A DNA stretch of 64,000 nucleotides, taken from Octopus sinensis. Its lineage: Eukaryota. The position numbers and the translations under genes are program-made. The notes beneath the pieces were generated by a model. The model worked only from the letters and a program-made list of their open reading frames with translations, searched no databases and had not been told where the DNA came from. The stretch is taken from positions 53,444,001 to 53,508,000 of the forward strand of contig NC_043014.1 of the NCBI RefSeq assembly GCF_006345805.1, read 5' to 3'. Positions within the stretch are counted from its first letter, which is position 1, and each line of letters begins with the position of its first letter. Positions 46,970-59,563 of this stretch are shown here, one piece after another.

Positions 46970-48820
46970 CCCATTGTGCATCAGCTTCAGTTTGGCCTTG
47001 AAACAGAAATTTGCAAGACAGAAAATGCAGAGAAGCCAGTCGGAGCGGTGAATTCCTGCTACTAAGTAAGTGTTAGTATGTCAGTGGTGTTTAATAACAC
47101 TACTTGGTCCTTAGATGCTTTTAGCACCATTCACTCTATTGCAAACATTTAGGGGTCTGTACTGGCAGAATCCTTAAAAGTGTCATACAAAAGCTTAGTT
47201 ATAGCTCTTTACACTCTTAGTTCAAATCCCACTAAGATCAACTTTGATTTCGTCCTTCTGCAGTGACTTGGTCGAATCAAAAGAGATTTGGAATAAAATG
47301 CCCATGGCATTAAGTTGTTGACTTTACCTTTCTTTATTTTCAGAGCTCAATAAAATAAGCATTTGTTGAGTGTTGAGGAAAGATTCTGTTGCCTAGAAAC
47401 AACTACACACCCCGTGTGTATGATGACTCAGCTGGTTCATCATCATCATCGTTTAACGTCCGCTTTCCATACTGGCATGGGTTGGACAGCTTGACTGTGA
47501 GCTGGTGAGCCAGAAGGCTACACCCGGCTCCAATCTGATCTGGTTGTTTAGTAATAGACATTTCACCAACAGAAAAAAAATTCAAAAAGCCATGAAGTGG
47601 TATAAGCATCAGTTGGCATCATTTTAATTTTAAAAACAATTTAGGACATTGATTTATTCAATTGTCTCTTGTTAATTAGTATTCAAGAACCATACTTCCA
47701 GTACCTCAATCTGCTATCACAATGGGAAATGATGGGGCTTTCTATGGGATAATTAAACTTGCTAGAAATAGTAGCTAAATCTTCCTTAAACCACAACAAA
47801 CCTAACAAAAAAGACATTCAATAACATAACCCAGAGAATGCACTTTGGAAAAACAAAAAGAAAAGGAAAGAAAAGTAAAAAAAAAAAAGTGGGGTACAAA
47901 ACCTTTGGTCTTGGGTCTACTCAATCAGTGATGATTTAGGGCTCAACAACAAAACTGGAAAATGCTAATTCCCCCAAGGATTAGAATTCAGATGAGGTTC
48001 ATCCCATAATTGAAAAGATTGAAGACAAGAAATGGTAAACTCCCAGCAAAAATGTGGCTTTAATTCTCAGATCTCAAATCCAAAATGTAGATTGTTATCA
48101 GTAATTCATTGTGACTGCAATTCCCAGCAGTATGAATAGTAAATAATCTGGAATGGTGTCTGTTCCTCTACCAGGATGGTTTGTCCATGACAAATTGATT
48201 GAAAAGAAGAAAAAAATCTTCAATGAAGGACCCAATGACACATAAACAGTTTTAGAAAACATCTGACTTTTTTTTTTGTTTCTGTTACTTCCTGGGAGAC
48301 ATTAGCTTTACATTATTTTGTCAGCAGCAAGGTTCACAGAGTTAAAATTTCCAAGTTCTACACAGATCTCTAATAAAACACAGCCATCATATTCTTACTG
48401 GGAGGTAACAGCTGTACAAATGATGCGACTGACAGAGTTCAGAGAGTAAAAACATCCAAGTTCTAAAGACATCTTTAATAAAAACTGCAGAAAGAAGAAC
48501 CAAAATATACTGTAAAACAGGCAAAACATGTGAGGAAGAGTTGTGAATCAGGTACGGTAAATGGTTCCTGATACCTTTATAGATCGACTTTGTGTCTTTC
48601 GTTTTCCTTTTTTGTCTTTTTGCTATATCAACCAATATTCAAACATTGGCAACAAATGAAAGTATGGCAGCTCTTTTATTAACTCCAAGGATGTAAAAAT
48701 CTAAATTTAATTAACAACATTATGAGATTAGGATTTAGATTAAAGAAATATGTTCAGTTGACTATGAAAAAGGCAACCCTAAGTTTCCATATTTAGAGAG
48801 AGATTACAATTGGTAGGTGA

Positions 48821-49512
48821 ATCATCATCATCATCATTCCATGTCCATGCTGGCATAGGTTGGATGGTTTGACTGGGCTGGCATGCTGGAAGGCTGTACC
48901 AGACTCCAGTCTGAGTTGGCATGTGGCTGTATGCCCTTCCTAACGCCAAACACTCTGAGAGTATAATGGGTGCTTTTATGTGCCACCGGCATGGGTGCCA
49001 TTTGTATGACACTAGTATCTGCCACAACTGCAATTTTACTTGGCTTGTTGGGTTTTCTCAAGCACGACATAATGCCAAAGGCTTCGGTTATTGCCTCCGT
49101 GAGGCCCAACGCTAAAAAGTGCTTTCCATGTGCCATCAGCACGGGTACCAATTACATGACCCCTGCATCGGCCACGACAACAATTTGACCTGGTTTGGCA
49201 GGTCTTCTCAAGCACAGCATATCGCCAAAGGCCTCGGTCACCAGTCATTGCCTCTGTGAGGCTCAACATTCAAAGATCATGCTTCACCGCCTTGTCCCAT
49301 GTCTTCCTGGGTCTACCTCTGCCACAAGTTCTCTCCACAGTTACACAGCTGTCCACATCCATACACATCACACGACCATACCAGTCTCTCTTGCACACCA
49401 CATCTGATGCCTCTTATGCCCAACTTTTCTCTCAAGATGCTGACACTATTGAACATGCACACTGACATTGCACATCCAGCAAAGTGTACTGGCTTCATTT
49501 CTTTCAAGCTTT
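48821..49512 (-). mobile_element. 5'-truncated RTE LINE with duplicated ORF-end/3'UTR segment
   Basis: KLERNEASTLCWMCNVSV, SILREKLGIRGIRCGVQER, LSLTEAMTGDRGLWRYAVLEKTCQT, then a second GLTEA...LWHYVVLEKTQQAK, the common terminus and an (ATC)n tail at 48821. Confidence 0.85.
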
Positions 49513-51223
49513 TGGGAACTGAGGATTTCAAAAGTTAGAATTAACTCAACCCTAATTAAGAGAACTTTTATGATGAGAAATGTTCCAGCTCTGATCACTT
49601 TTAATTTTGACCTCATATTCTTGCCCAAGCATATTTTTGTCTGTAAAGTGGTAGGGAGATTTGGCTGCTATTTCAAGCAGACTGAACAACCAATAAAGCC
49701 CCTCCCCTCCTACCTGCCTCCTCTTCCTTCTTCAAAACAGAATAGGAAGGTTATGAACGAAAGGAAAAATGTTTTATGTGTGATCTCAAAAGACAATGAA
49801 GGTAATGAATGATATGAAGGACAAATGAAATCTAAGGAAACTAAAAGAAGCCGAAATGGAACAGGTGATATGGAAAGATAAAAAGGAACAGGTGATAAAA
49901 AGAGATAAAAAAAAAGGCACAGGTGGTATAGAAAAATATTTAAAAAATGAGAGCAGGTGATATTGAAAGATAAATGAGAAATATATATCAAAATGAGAAA
50001 CGTATATAGAAAAAGATAATGGATGATATCAAAAGATAAAACAAGAACTGATGATATATCAATATGGAAAGAAAAATATAAAGAATTCAAGAGATTGAAA
50101 GATTTAAGAAAGAAAAAAAACAAAGACGGATGTCAAAAGTGAACAGCAACAGAGAGACAGATAAGAGAATGGTTTATATCGTAATGATAATAAAAGGAAA
50201 CATAAAAGAAATATAGATAACGAAATAGTTATCTACAGGTCTGGCCATACAGAACTGGCATTCAACAAATAAGGAGACAGAGATTCTGTCTCAGTTGTAT
50301 TGAAAACAGAAACGTATTGACAAGATTTTTATAATTAACTTCAGCTTCAGGGATAAAACGTTTCCCATTATTTATCTCTACACAATGTTTGCACTGGTCT
50401 GATCAGTCTGATCATCAGGTATCGTATTGGTGAATATGTGCCACATGGACATGCATCAGTGATCCAGTGTTCCTCATAGGGTGGGAAATGTGGACAAGTG
50501 ACGGATGACTGATTATGGTTAATAAAAAAAATAATAAAAAGTTGGATTTAAACTTTTTGAAATTTGATCAAGATCAGAGTGAAGAGAGAAGGATTTTATG
50601 GCAGCAAATTCCATTTGGCTTTGACCCTTAAGAAAGAAGCGAGGAGGAGGAATGAAAGATTCGATTAATATGCAAGAACCATTAGGTGCAGGTGTGGCTG
50701 TATGGTTAAGAAGCTTGCTTGCAGACCAGGTGCTCTTGGGTTCAGCCCCATTGCATGGCACCTTGGATAAATAACTTCTACTATAGCCAAAGCCTTGGGC
50801 ACAGCTTTGGTAGATGGAAACTAAAAAGAAGCCTATCATGAGTGTCTTTGCTCCCACCCCACCCCAACAAGTGGTGGCTCATTTTCGCCCTTTTAACTTA
50901 GCAATTCAGCAAAGAGACCTATGGAGTAAGAACCAGGCTTCAAAAATAAGTCCTGGGGTCAATTTGTTTAAGCAGAACCCCTTCAAGGCAGTGCTCCAGC
51001 ATGGAAGTTTAAATAAGTGTAAATACAGTTCCATTAACAATGAGCACTACTACTACTACACACACACACACACACACACACACTAGTTTGATTAGAGTGA
51101 AGAAAGAGGCCAATGACGAATAAAACCTATCTGGCTGTTTAACAGAATGAACTGAGCAAGGAACAACAGAAATAAAATCAAATGACAAGTTAAAAGCAAG
51201 AGAACAATAATATATATATATAC

Positions 51224-51271
<48 letters not shown>

Positions 51272-51845
51272 TTGTTTGACCGGAGTTAATTGATCTGAGC
51301 AAAGAGACTGAATAACAAGAAATAAACAAACAAACAAAAATGCCTATGAAAATGAACAATTGCAATAAAACATCAAAATGAACAAAGGTTTAAGGAAATA
51401 GGTTTTTAGTGACAATTGAAAGAAGCAGCAGTTTGAGTTTATAATAATTGTGATTTCTCACATGGGCACAAAGCCAGCGGATGGGAGGGACTATTGATTG
51501 AGTTCAGACTAAAGTACATTATTAAAAGTGGTCCGATGAAAGGGGACACAGCTAAAGACATTTAGACATTTGTTAATGGTGTTGTGTGTACCAAAGTCAA
51601 CCCTGATTGAGCAAATCTAGGCTCAAAAGGCATTCCAGCCATGACCATTCCATCATATTTTCCATAGTATCTCAGATGACATTATCCTATGTGACCTAGT
51701 CTTTTTTATTTTCTTAAAGACGGTAGAGTGACCGGAAGATTTGGCTGCTATTTCTACCAGGTAGAGCAACTCTGTAGAGAATCATACATTGATTTGACTT
51801 TTCAACATTTAGTCTAAAGTTCTGCTGCCAAACCTCTAGCATAAG

Positions 51846-51879
<34 letters not shown>

Positions 51880-51883
<4 letters not shown>

Positions 51884-54800
51884 TCCTTTCTACAACAAGC
51901 AAAAAGCCTCAAGTTTTAGGGGTAGGGCTAGACAATTACATCAACCCCAGTGCACCACTGGTACTTCTTTCATCAACCCTGTAAGGATGAAAGGCAAAGT
52001 CAACCTTGACAAAATCTAAGCTCAGAACATAAAGATGCATGAAATATCACAAAGCATTTTGTCTGACATTTTAAGGATTCTACTTGCTCACCAGTTTTCT
52101 TTTTACCACAAAAAAACCAATAGTTTTGAAGGAAGAGGGCAAATCAACTGCATCAACCCCAGAACTTGTATTGCTAGGCATTTTGTCCAAAGGCAGAGTT
52201 GAACTTGGCAAGATTTGAACTCAGAATGTAAAGTGATGGGGGAAATGCCCCTGGGAATATTTTCTCATGCTCCAACAATTCTACCAGCACATTGCCTTAG
52301 TAATAATAATAATAATGATGATGATGATTATGAAGGTGATTTCTCATATGGGTACAATGCCAGAAATTGTGGCAGGAAGCACCTCCCTGTACCAAATATG
52401 GTATTTATTGAAATCAAGCACAGATGTAGGAAAGGTAATCTCAACAACAGGCATTTAAGTCCAGCATTACCATTTCTCTTAATCCATTTATCTCTCAATT
52501 ATAACACAACAAGCCACAAATTTTGGAGCAAGATTAACCTCACTTCTTGACAGTTGTATCAATCCCCAATCCCTACCAGGGTACAAACAATATCAACCCC
52601 AGTACTTAAGTGGTATTTATCCTTTGGACATTGGAAGGTCGAAAGGCAATGCCACAAAAATCAATAGAGAGGATGGAAAACTGGGGGGTCGGGGAGAGGA
52701 GGAGGAGATAGGAAATGAAAAGTGAACAGATACATATTTTAGTAACGTCCCAATTGGTGAACTAAGAGAGAGATAGAGAGAGGGAGAGAGAGTCTGAAGT
52801 GTGACCTAACAGTCTCCGGATATTTGAGATTGAGAGAAATGTGGAAGGGCCAAAAGCTTGTGTGGAACATGCTGCAGTAACAAATTGTGCACCTCATTTG
52901 TCTTAGGCCAGTGTTTTTCATATTGGGGGGACCGACCTGTGGAGACTGAGCAATTTTAGAGAATTTCGATAGTTCCACAATTTTTGAACTTGTTAAACAT
53001 CATGAAGAAAGAAGAATTATACGAGTTCAAAAATCTTTTCTCATTAAAAGACAGAAATTGTAGGGATAGCGAGGTAAGGGGTGTGTTGGGGAGTTTGAGA
53101 ACCATTGACCTATAACTCAATCAGGATCAATCGTAAGTCAAAACAGATTTTTTAGGAGCAGAGAAAAATACCTGGGCAAGATGGAAGACAAAGATGACAA
53201 TTGCATCTTTGTCAATATACTTTCTAAATAATAATTGTTTCTAAGTTAGGCAGAGGCCAGCAATTTAGAAAGGAGTTCCAGTCAATAAAGTAATCCCTTG
53301 ACTATTGCAGGTGTTACGTGCCACCCCCACAGGTGAAAGTCCACGAAGGAGAAACAGTACTGTACATTTGTTTTTATTATTTTTATAATCTGTATATATT
53401 TATTTTATTATAAATGCAAAACACCACTCGGGAGGAATTGACGTAAGCTTAAATAATGAACCATGATAGATGAACCACAAAATGGCAAGGGATCACTGTG
53501 GTTCACTCTAAGTACTCAACTTGTACTTTGTCCTTCAGCCTTTTGAGGTTGATAAAAGAAAACAGATCTAGGTGGGATTTGAACTGAAAACAAAGACATG
53601 GGAGTAAATACTGCAAGCAATATTTAACTTGTTCTAATCAACCTACTAACTCACCAAATAATAATGTCTTTTCTACTCTAAACACCAGTACTCAACCCCT
53701 AAAGAATGAAAGGTAAAGTCAACCTTGGCAAATTTAAACTCAGAACGTACAGACAGATGAAATACTGCTAAGCATTTTGCCTGACATGCTAACGATTCTG
53801 CCAGCTAATTGCCTTAATAATAATAATTTCTTTTGTAAACACAAAGGCAGGAATTTGGAAAAAGGGAAGTGAATCAATCCCAGTAGTTAAGTGGGACTTA
53901 TTTATTGACACTCCCAGCCCCAGGAAGATGAAAGACAAAGTCAATGTCAGTGGGAACTGAACTCAGAAAATGAAGAGCTCAAACAAACAACAAAAAACAT
54001 TATGTTTGATCCTAAAACAACTCGACTAATCCATCAGCGTTTGTCATCAAATAATAAAGCAAAATTATAGTTACAGTGAAATTGAAGAAGAGAAATAAAA
54101 AACACAGGAAAAAAACCCATCAAAAATGGTCAAAGAAAAACTCAAAAATGCAACAAAGAACTATTTGCCTTATTACTTTGGTTGAAGTCAGTGTTTTGAA
54201 TATATTTTAAGAAATTTCAGAAAATTATGAAAGAAAATATTTTAATATTTTCAAATAGTTTGTCTCAGAGAAGCAGAACGTCTAAGAGCAGCTGGAATTA
54301 ATGGAATTAAGGAAGTAAAAATATGAGAATCGAAAACTGGATAAGAACACTTTGTTAACGCTTTAAAAGTATGGTCTGCGTAAAAAAGAATATTCACTTT
54401 GCAACTCAGGCAGGTGTCTTCTAGCAGAGCCTGGAGTTGACCAATACAGTGTGAATGTGATTTAGTAGACAGAAATAATGTACAAGTTCATTATGAGTGT
54501 GTGAAGTTGAGTGTCTTGAGAGAAACAGTGTCTAGCATCATCCACTGCAGTGAAGCAGGCCCAATTAGAAACCCCTGCCTTACACTGCTAATTCATCAGA
54601 ATAACTTGTATGTAAATATCTGGTAGAAGAGAAATATAATAGAAATATTGGTTTCAAATTTGGGCACGAGGTCAGCAAGTTTGGGGGGGGGTGCGATTAC
54701 ATTGACCCACCCCCACTCCCCAGTGTGCAACTGGTACTTATTTTATTGACCCTGAAAGGGATGAAAGGTAGAGCTCGGAGTGATTTGAACGCAAAATGTA

Positions 54801-55120
54801 AAGCTGGAGGAAATGCCAGTGAGCAGCACAATGCTCTGAGTGCAAACAATTCTGCCATCTTGTCACCTCAGATGGAACAGAAGGATTAAAAGGCATTTCA
54901 TGTAAGGTGCCACCAATTTACCATTTTATAATTATGATGTGATCAAACATTTTTGAGGTGGTGGGCATGGAAAAGATCATTATATCGATCTTAGTACTTG
55001 ATTGGTACTTTATTAGACTCTAGAAGGATGAAAGGTATCAGTGGTTACTAGCAAGATTTGAACACAAAACATAGTCACAATAAATGCCATTAATGCATTT
55101 TGCCCAATGCTCTAACCATT
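51880..55120 (-). mobile_element. Second cluster of about 9-10 type-C SINEs, nearly all on the minus strand, chained through (TAA)n
   Basis: Copies at about 51893, 52120, 52340, 52585, 53235, 53560, 53665 (best, to 53814), 53835, 54648 and 54950. One plus-strand fragment at about 53490-53560. Confidence 0.72.
52909..53107. mobile_element. hAT/Charlie-like MITE (199 bp)
   Basis: Termini CAGTGTTTTTCA and (rc) CAATGGTTCTCAAAC. The 8-bp flanks tctTAggc and accTAtaa share the central TA typical of Charlie target sites but are not identical. Confidence 0.55.
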
Positions 55121-55628
55121 CTTACAATCTAAGAATGTACCAACATCTAACAATTCCTTGAACATTTGACATCTGGTGTAATGCTGTCAACAAGAGAAAG
55201 GATGAGAGAAAAATACTGCTCATTGTTTCTTCTGTCAGTTCTGGTCAAAGACACTGCTAGGAACCTTTCACTGCTTATTTTTCAGAAAATGTATGAAGAA
55301 CTATTTGTATCCTCTCATCTTTTTTATTTTTTAAGGGTGTGATTTGAAGAAAATTTGGCTGCTATTTTTAGCAAGTTAAACTAAATTAAATTGAAATAGA
55401 ACAAAGATGATTTCCTGAGAAACTGGAGAGAAGCAATACATATGTGTCTGATCTAGAAAGAAACTGTTCCTTTTCTAATGTTGGCTGTTGATGAAATCCT
55501 TTGGCCTGCTACTTCAATCTTGGCCACTCACCTTTTAGATCTTGTTGGACACTTAACTCTATTGGTATAAATTTGACTGAGACCATATATCTGGCCCTGT
55601 TACACAAGACATACTAAGGTAACCCTAC

Positions 55629-55997
55629 TTAACTGTTTACCATTCAAACTACTCCGTCAAATGTATTGTGCTTATCTAATCGCATTGTTCCGAGTTAATT
55701 ACACATTAGTCTATAGCTTTGAGATTTCAATGATGAGACTGTTTACTTCTTGAAGGACATTGTAAGGTGGTTGTAAGAGGCCGAATCTGGCTAGTTTTAA
55801 CATAAAACAGGGGAAATATTTTAGCTGGATATGGCCAGAACATCTCTGATCATAGGTAAGTCTCTCCTTTTAATTTCTATTATCTTCAAGCATCTTAGCA
55901 TCAGATATCCAATGGAATGATCACAGTTGGAAAGGATTGCCAACAGGGTACATTTCAGCTGGATATGGTAAGTTTAAATTAAATGCTAAACGGTTAA
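55629..55997. mobile_element. piggyBac-like MITE with internal insertion/duplication
   Basis: TTAA at both ends. Left TTAACTGTTTACCATTCA versus rc of right TTAACCGTTTAGCATTTA. agctggatatgg is present twice. Same family as 21188-21401. Confidence 0.65.
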
Positions 55998-57619
55998 ATT
56001 AAAGTTTCAAGTCCTAATTTAATGAAATATGTTCCATAGACAATCTTATTAAATGACAAAGTTATTTGATTTAAACCTCAATAAAAACTTATCAAAATTA
56101 AATGAAATGTGTAAATATTGTGATCTATAGTTAATAAAAGGTTCAAAACACCGAAAGAGAAGCTAATTAAAACTGCTGTGTGTGTGTGTGTGTGTGTTAC
56201 TTGCAACAAAGTGGACCCACCTCAATCCGAGCAATAAAACACAAAACTGTCAACTTCTCTCTCAGCTGATGACTATTTCAATGACCTATTAACTCCACCA
56301 TCTGCACCTACTGAACTGATAAACCTATCTATCTGTCTACCTCTCCACCACCACCACCACCACCACCACCACCATCATTACATTGCTTCACTACTTCAAT
56401 GGTATTAAGTACATTATGCCATAAATTTTGTCGATTTTAAAGTTAAAGGTTTTCTTGAGATCTTGCTCTGATCCAGCAAACTTATCTATGATCTGAGATG
56501 TTCCAGTCATGACCATCCCATCAGTATTTTTAAGACAACATAATCTAAAACTACACTATCAAACAAAGCATATCTATGACTGCATGATCAGATTTCAACA
56601 AGACTTACCACAGTTTACCTAGGGCTACATTATTAGATGTAGTGTTTCTTGAATTGTTATTAACTTAGTATCTGGAACCATTAAAATTAAGCAAATGTTT
56701 TAAAGTTAGACTTGGGAGGCCTTTTGTTTTGGCCCGAGGCCAACATGGTATTGCAGGACACCATTATCCAATGTGTCCTTCCTTGCTTCAAGACGGCAGG
56801 GTTGATTAGAGGAAGATTCAGCTGCTATTTCTTGTTGCGGTTGAACAATTACTGCAGGAGGGAGGTTGCTCTTCATCTCGATCACAACCAACTGAACATT
56901 TCTGGATGTTCTATTTCCCATTTTCAACCAGACATCTTAATTAACCAGTGTGCCATTCTCAGTCCCACAGAGCATTCACCTCAATGCCGCCGCCAGACAA
57001 ACCCACCCCACCCAACAAAGTCACCAATGATGATGCTTCCACAACCACACAAGACTGCATGTTTACTTAGTGTTTTTCTTTTTCACCAGATTTCCTTCTC
57101 TCTCCACTTCAGGTCAAGTACCACCTTCCAGCTACTTCATCACATAAAGTGGCTGAACATTATCAAGCAATTTAAGTTCAAAGAAATGGTGCTCATGGTA
57201 GACAAGTCAGGCTTGAATGGAGGAAATGTTTGTTTTCATAAATTAGACAGATTTGAAAATTGAAATTTAGATGCAGGTGGTATTGCTACTGGGTAGCTTT
57301 GATTAAGCTGAAATGTGCCACATGTGTTGTCAGTCCTGTCCAGCTGTGTGACCATTCCATTGGATTTCTGATGCTAACATGCCTGAAGACAATAAAAATT
57401 AAAAGAAGAAATATTACAGCAGACCCATCTTAAATTGAGTCAAAATTAACTCCTCCTTCCGTCCCTAAGTAACTTTTAAGAGTTTGGTGCTTGACTTCAA
57501 GTTTGTGGCCTTAAACTAAAGACAAATATAGCTTATACACAATTACCAGACAAGTCCATCAAGAGGCCATCCCCCATGAATAATGGAGCATTATTGCCAT
57601 CAACGATAACAAATGTAAA

Positions 57620-58110
57620 GGAAAAAAAAAACCCAGAAGGCTCTCATCTTCTCACAATATTCGCCATCACTGCTGAAGAGGTCACTAAAGTCATTAGAAG
57701 CTATCAACTAATTTCTACAAAATGTCCTCAACATTTGAAAGAACGTCATGGCTGCTCTTACTGCTAAATATTTTGGTGTATCTGCATCATACAGAGCTTC
57801 TTTGCCAGCCTTCAATTCCATCATCTAAGCCTGCACTGGAACCCATACTGACCCCTTTTCCACATATCATGGTCAATTCCCCACATAAAAACACAATCTT
57901 GTCTTCTTTCCAGCTGACTTTTTCTCTTTGATGAGTCACTTCAAAGCCTCCTGATTCCAAGTTTTATTTAATGTTTGGAATTTCCTTCCTAATTCTTAGA
58001 AACTAATCCTCAACATAATCCATCTTAAACTCTTTTTTTCATGACCAAGAGAACTACAATAAACAAGAGGGGGCTGAGAATGTAGCCTTGATGGAAACCT
58101 ATCAGTTAAG
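57620..58110 (-). pseudogene. Highly decayed RTE-type reverse transcriptase relic
   Basis: HQGYILSPLLFIVV (58051-58094, RT motif QGxxLSPxLF), MDYVED (decayed YADD), NLESGGFEV, ELVDSF..GDLFSSDG. Confidence 0.6.
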
Positions 58111-59159
58111 CTCTCCACTGTCCCTGAACAGGACTGTCATGGCTCTCCCCAATCAGATCTACACCTGGTTTTCTCAGCACCACCAGACTATAGAGAGTAG
58201 TAACAGGTGCAAAGCCAGGGAATGCAAGGTGTTGTGGCTAGTTCTAAGCTTCAGAGCTTCTCCCGTAGCTATGTCACTATGATGAGGGTGTATAGGTATA
58301 TATACTAATATAATATACTGATCATTTGGTGTACATTGTGAATATCTTTTTCCCCTGTGGTTGATTTTTATCTGTTATGTCATTTTCACCTGCCCAGGTA
58401 GGTTGAATACAGGTAAGATGATTATTATGTGTATTACTGTAAAAACCATGCCAGAGCAGGCAGAAGAACTCAACAGTCCTCCTCTGGTTTAGGCAGCTCT
58501 TGTCAAACCATCGACCCCATGCTAGCATGGAAAACAGACATTAGATGACAATGAAACAAATCATTAGCAAACACCATTACTGAACTCGAACTTCTAGGCA
58601 GCCATTTTAACTGCCAGGAAAATACGGAGATTTTCACCTGATAAAATGCAAAAAAACCAGAAGCACAGGGTGCAAATAAGATGCCTTTTGAGTGGAGTTT
58701 CAACTTTGATTCTCACACAGAAGAGTGCTCAGCTCTTCTTTCCACACCCAAACAACACTATTTGAATAGTAGTTAAAGGGGGAGTGTCTGGTGATAGTTG
58801 TGGTTATTCAAGATGGTTAACAGAATTCATATCTAAGCTCACTGTTTGCATGGCAGTGCCTTCCTCTGGCTCTCATCCATGCTCTTTTTTAACTCGACTC
58901 CAGTTGCTGGCACAACAATAAAAGGCAACTGTTGTAGGTTAAACAGTCATATCTCTTATCAAATACTGGTCTAAATATAAATAATTATTAATATTATTTT
59001 TATTTGCCAAGGAAATATGGATTTAGACTGGCCCTAAATTGGATTTGACTTGGCCAATGAGAAAAAACAACAGAGGCCAACAGGGATATTTTGGATGCAG
59101 GTTCAACCGAAGTCTGTAAAGTGAATGCTAATGCAAAATAGAAGCCAACCAGTTAAATA

Positions 59160-59563
59160 CCAGTCATCTTCGACTTACAACGATTGGTGTACCAGCTCCC
59201 AGCAACAGTAATAAATATAGTCCAGTTGAAATCTAATGGGTTTAATTTCTTAGAGATTAACCCATCTCCGGATGATGTCAACTAACAAATGCTTCCCCTA
59301 AGTTTGGTTATCGATCACCTCAGTGTTGGATGACTCTCCTGTTGCGGAGACATCGAAGCAACCTCGTATTTGTTTATAACACAACTGCTTGAGTCTCCAA
59401 AATGTTTGACTAACACCTGTTTAATACAGAATGCTGAGAGGGACTTCTACCTGAGAATCTACCTTAAGAATGTCAAAATATAAAACAAAGCTATGTAGAT
59501 CTATAGGCCGACTTACAACCAGTCAATCGGAACCAATTGTAGTCGTAAGTTGACGACAACCTG
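59160..59563. mobile_element. Tc1/mariner (Tigger/pogo-like) non-autonomous element, TA-flanked, 404 bp
   Basis: TA at 59158-59159 and 59564-59565. Left CCAGTCATCTTCGACTTACAAC versus rc right CAGGTTGTCGTCAACTTACGAC. Subterminal cgacttac/gtaagttg hairpin. Confidence 0.65.

Noticed and set aside
54250-54330. Plus-strand exon-like segment (CLREAERLRAAGINGIKEVKI*)
   Set aside because: Ambiguous acceptor, no recognisable homology and no compatible upstream exon.
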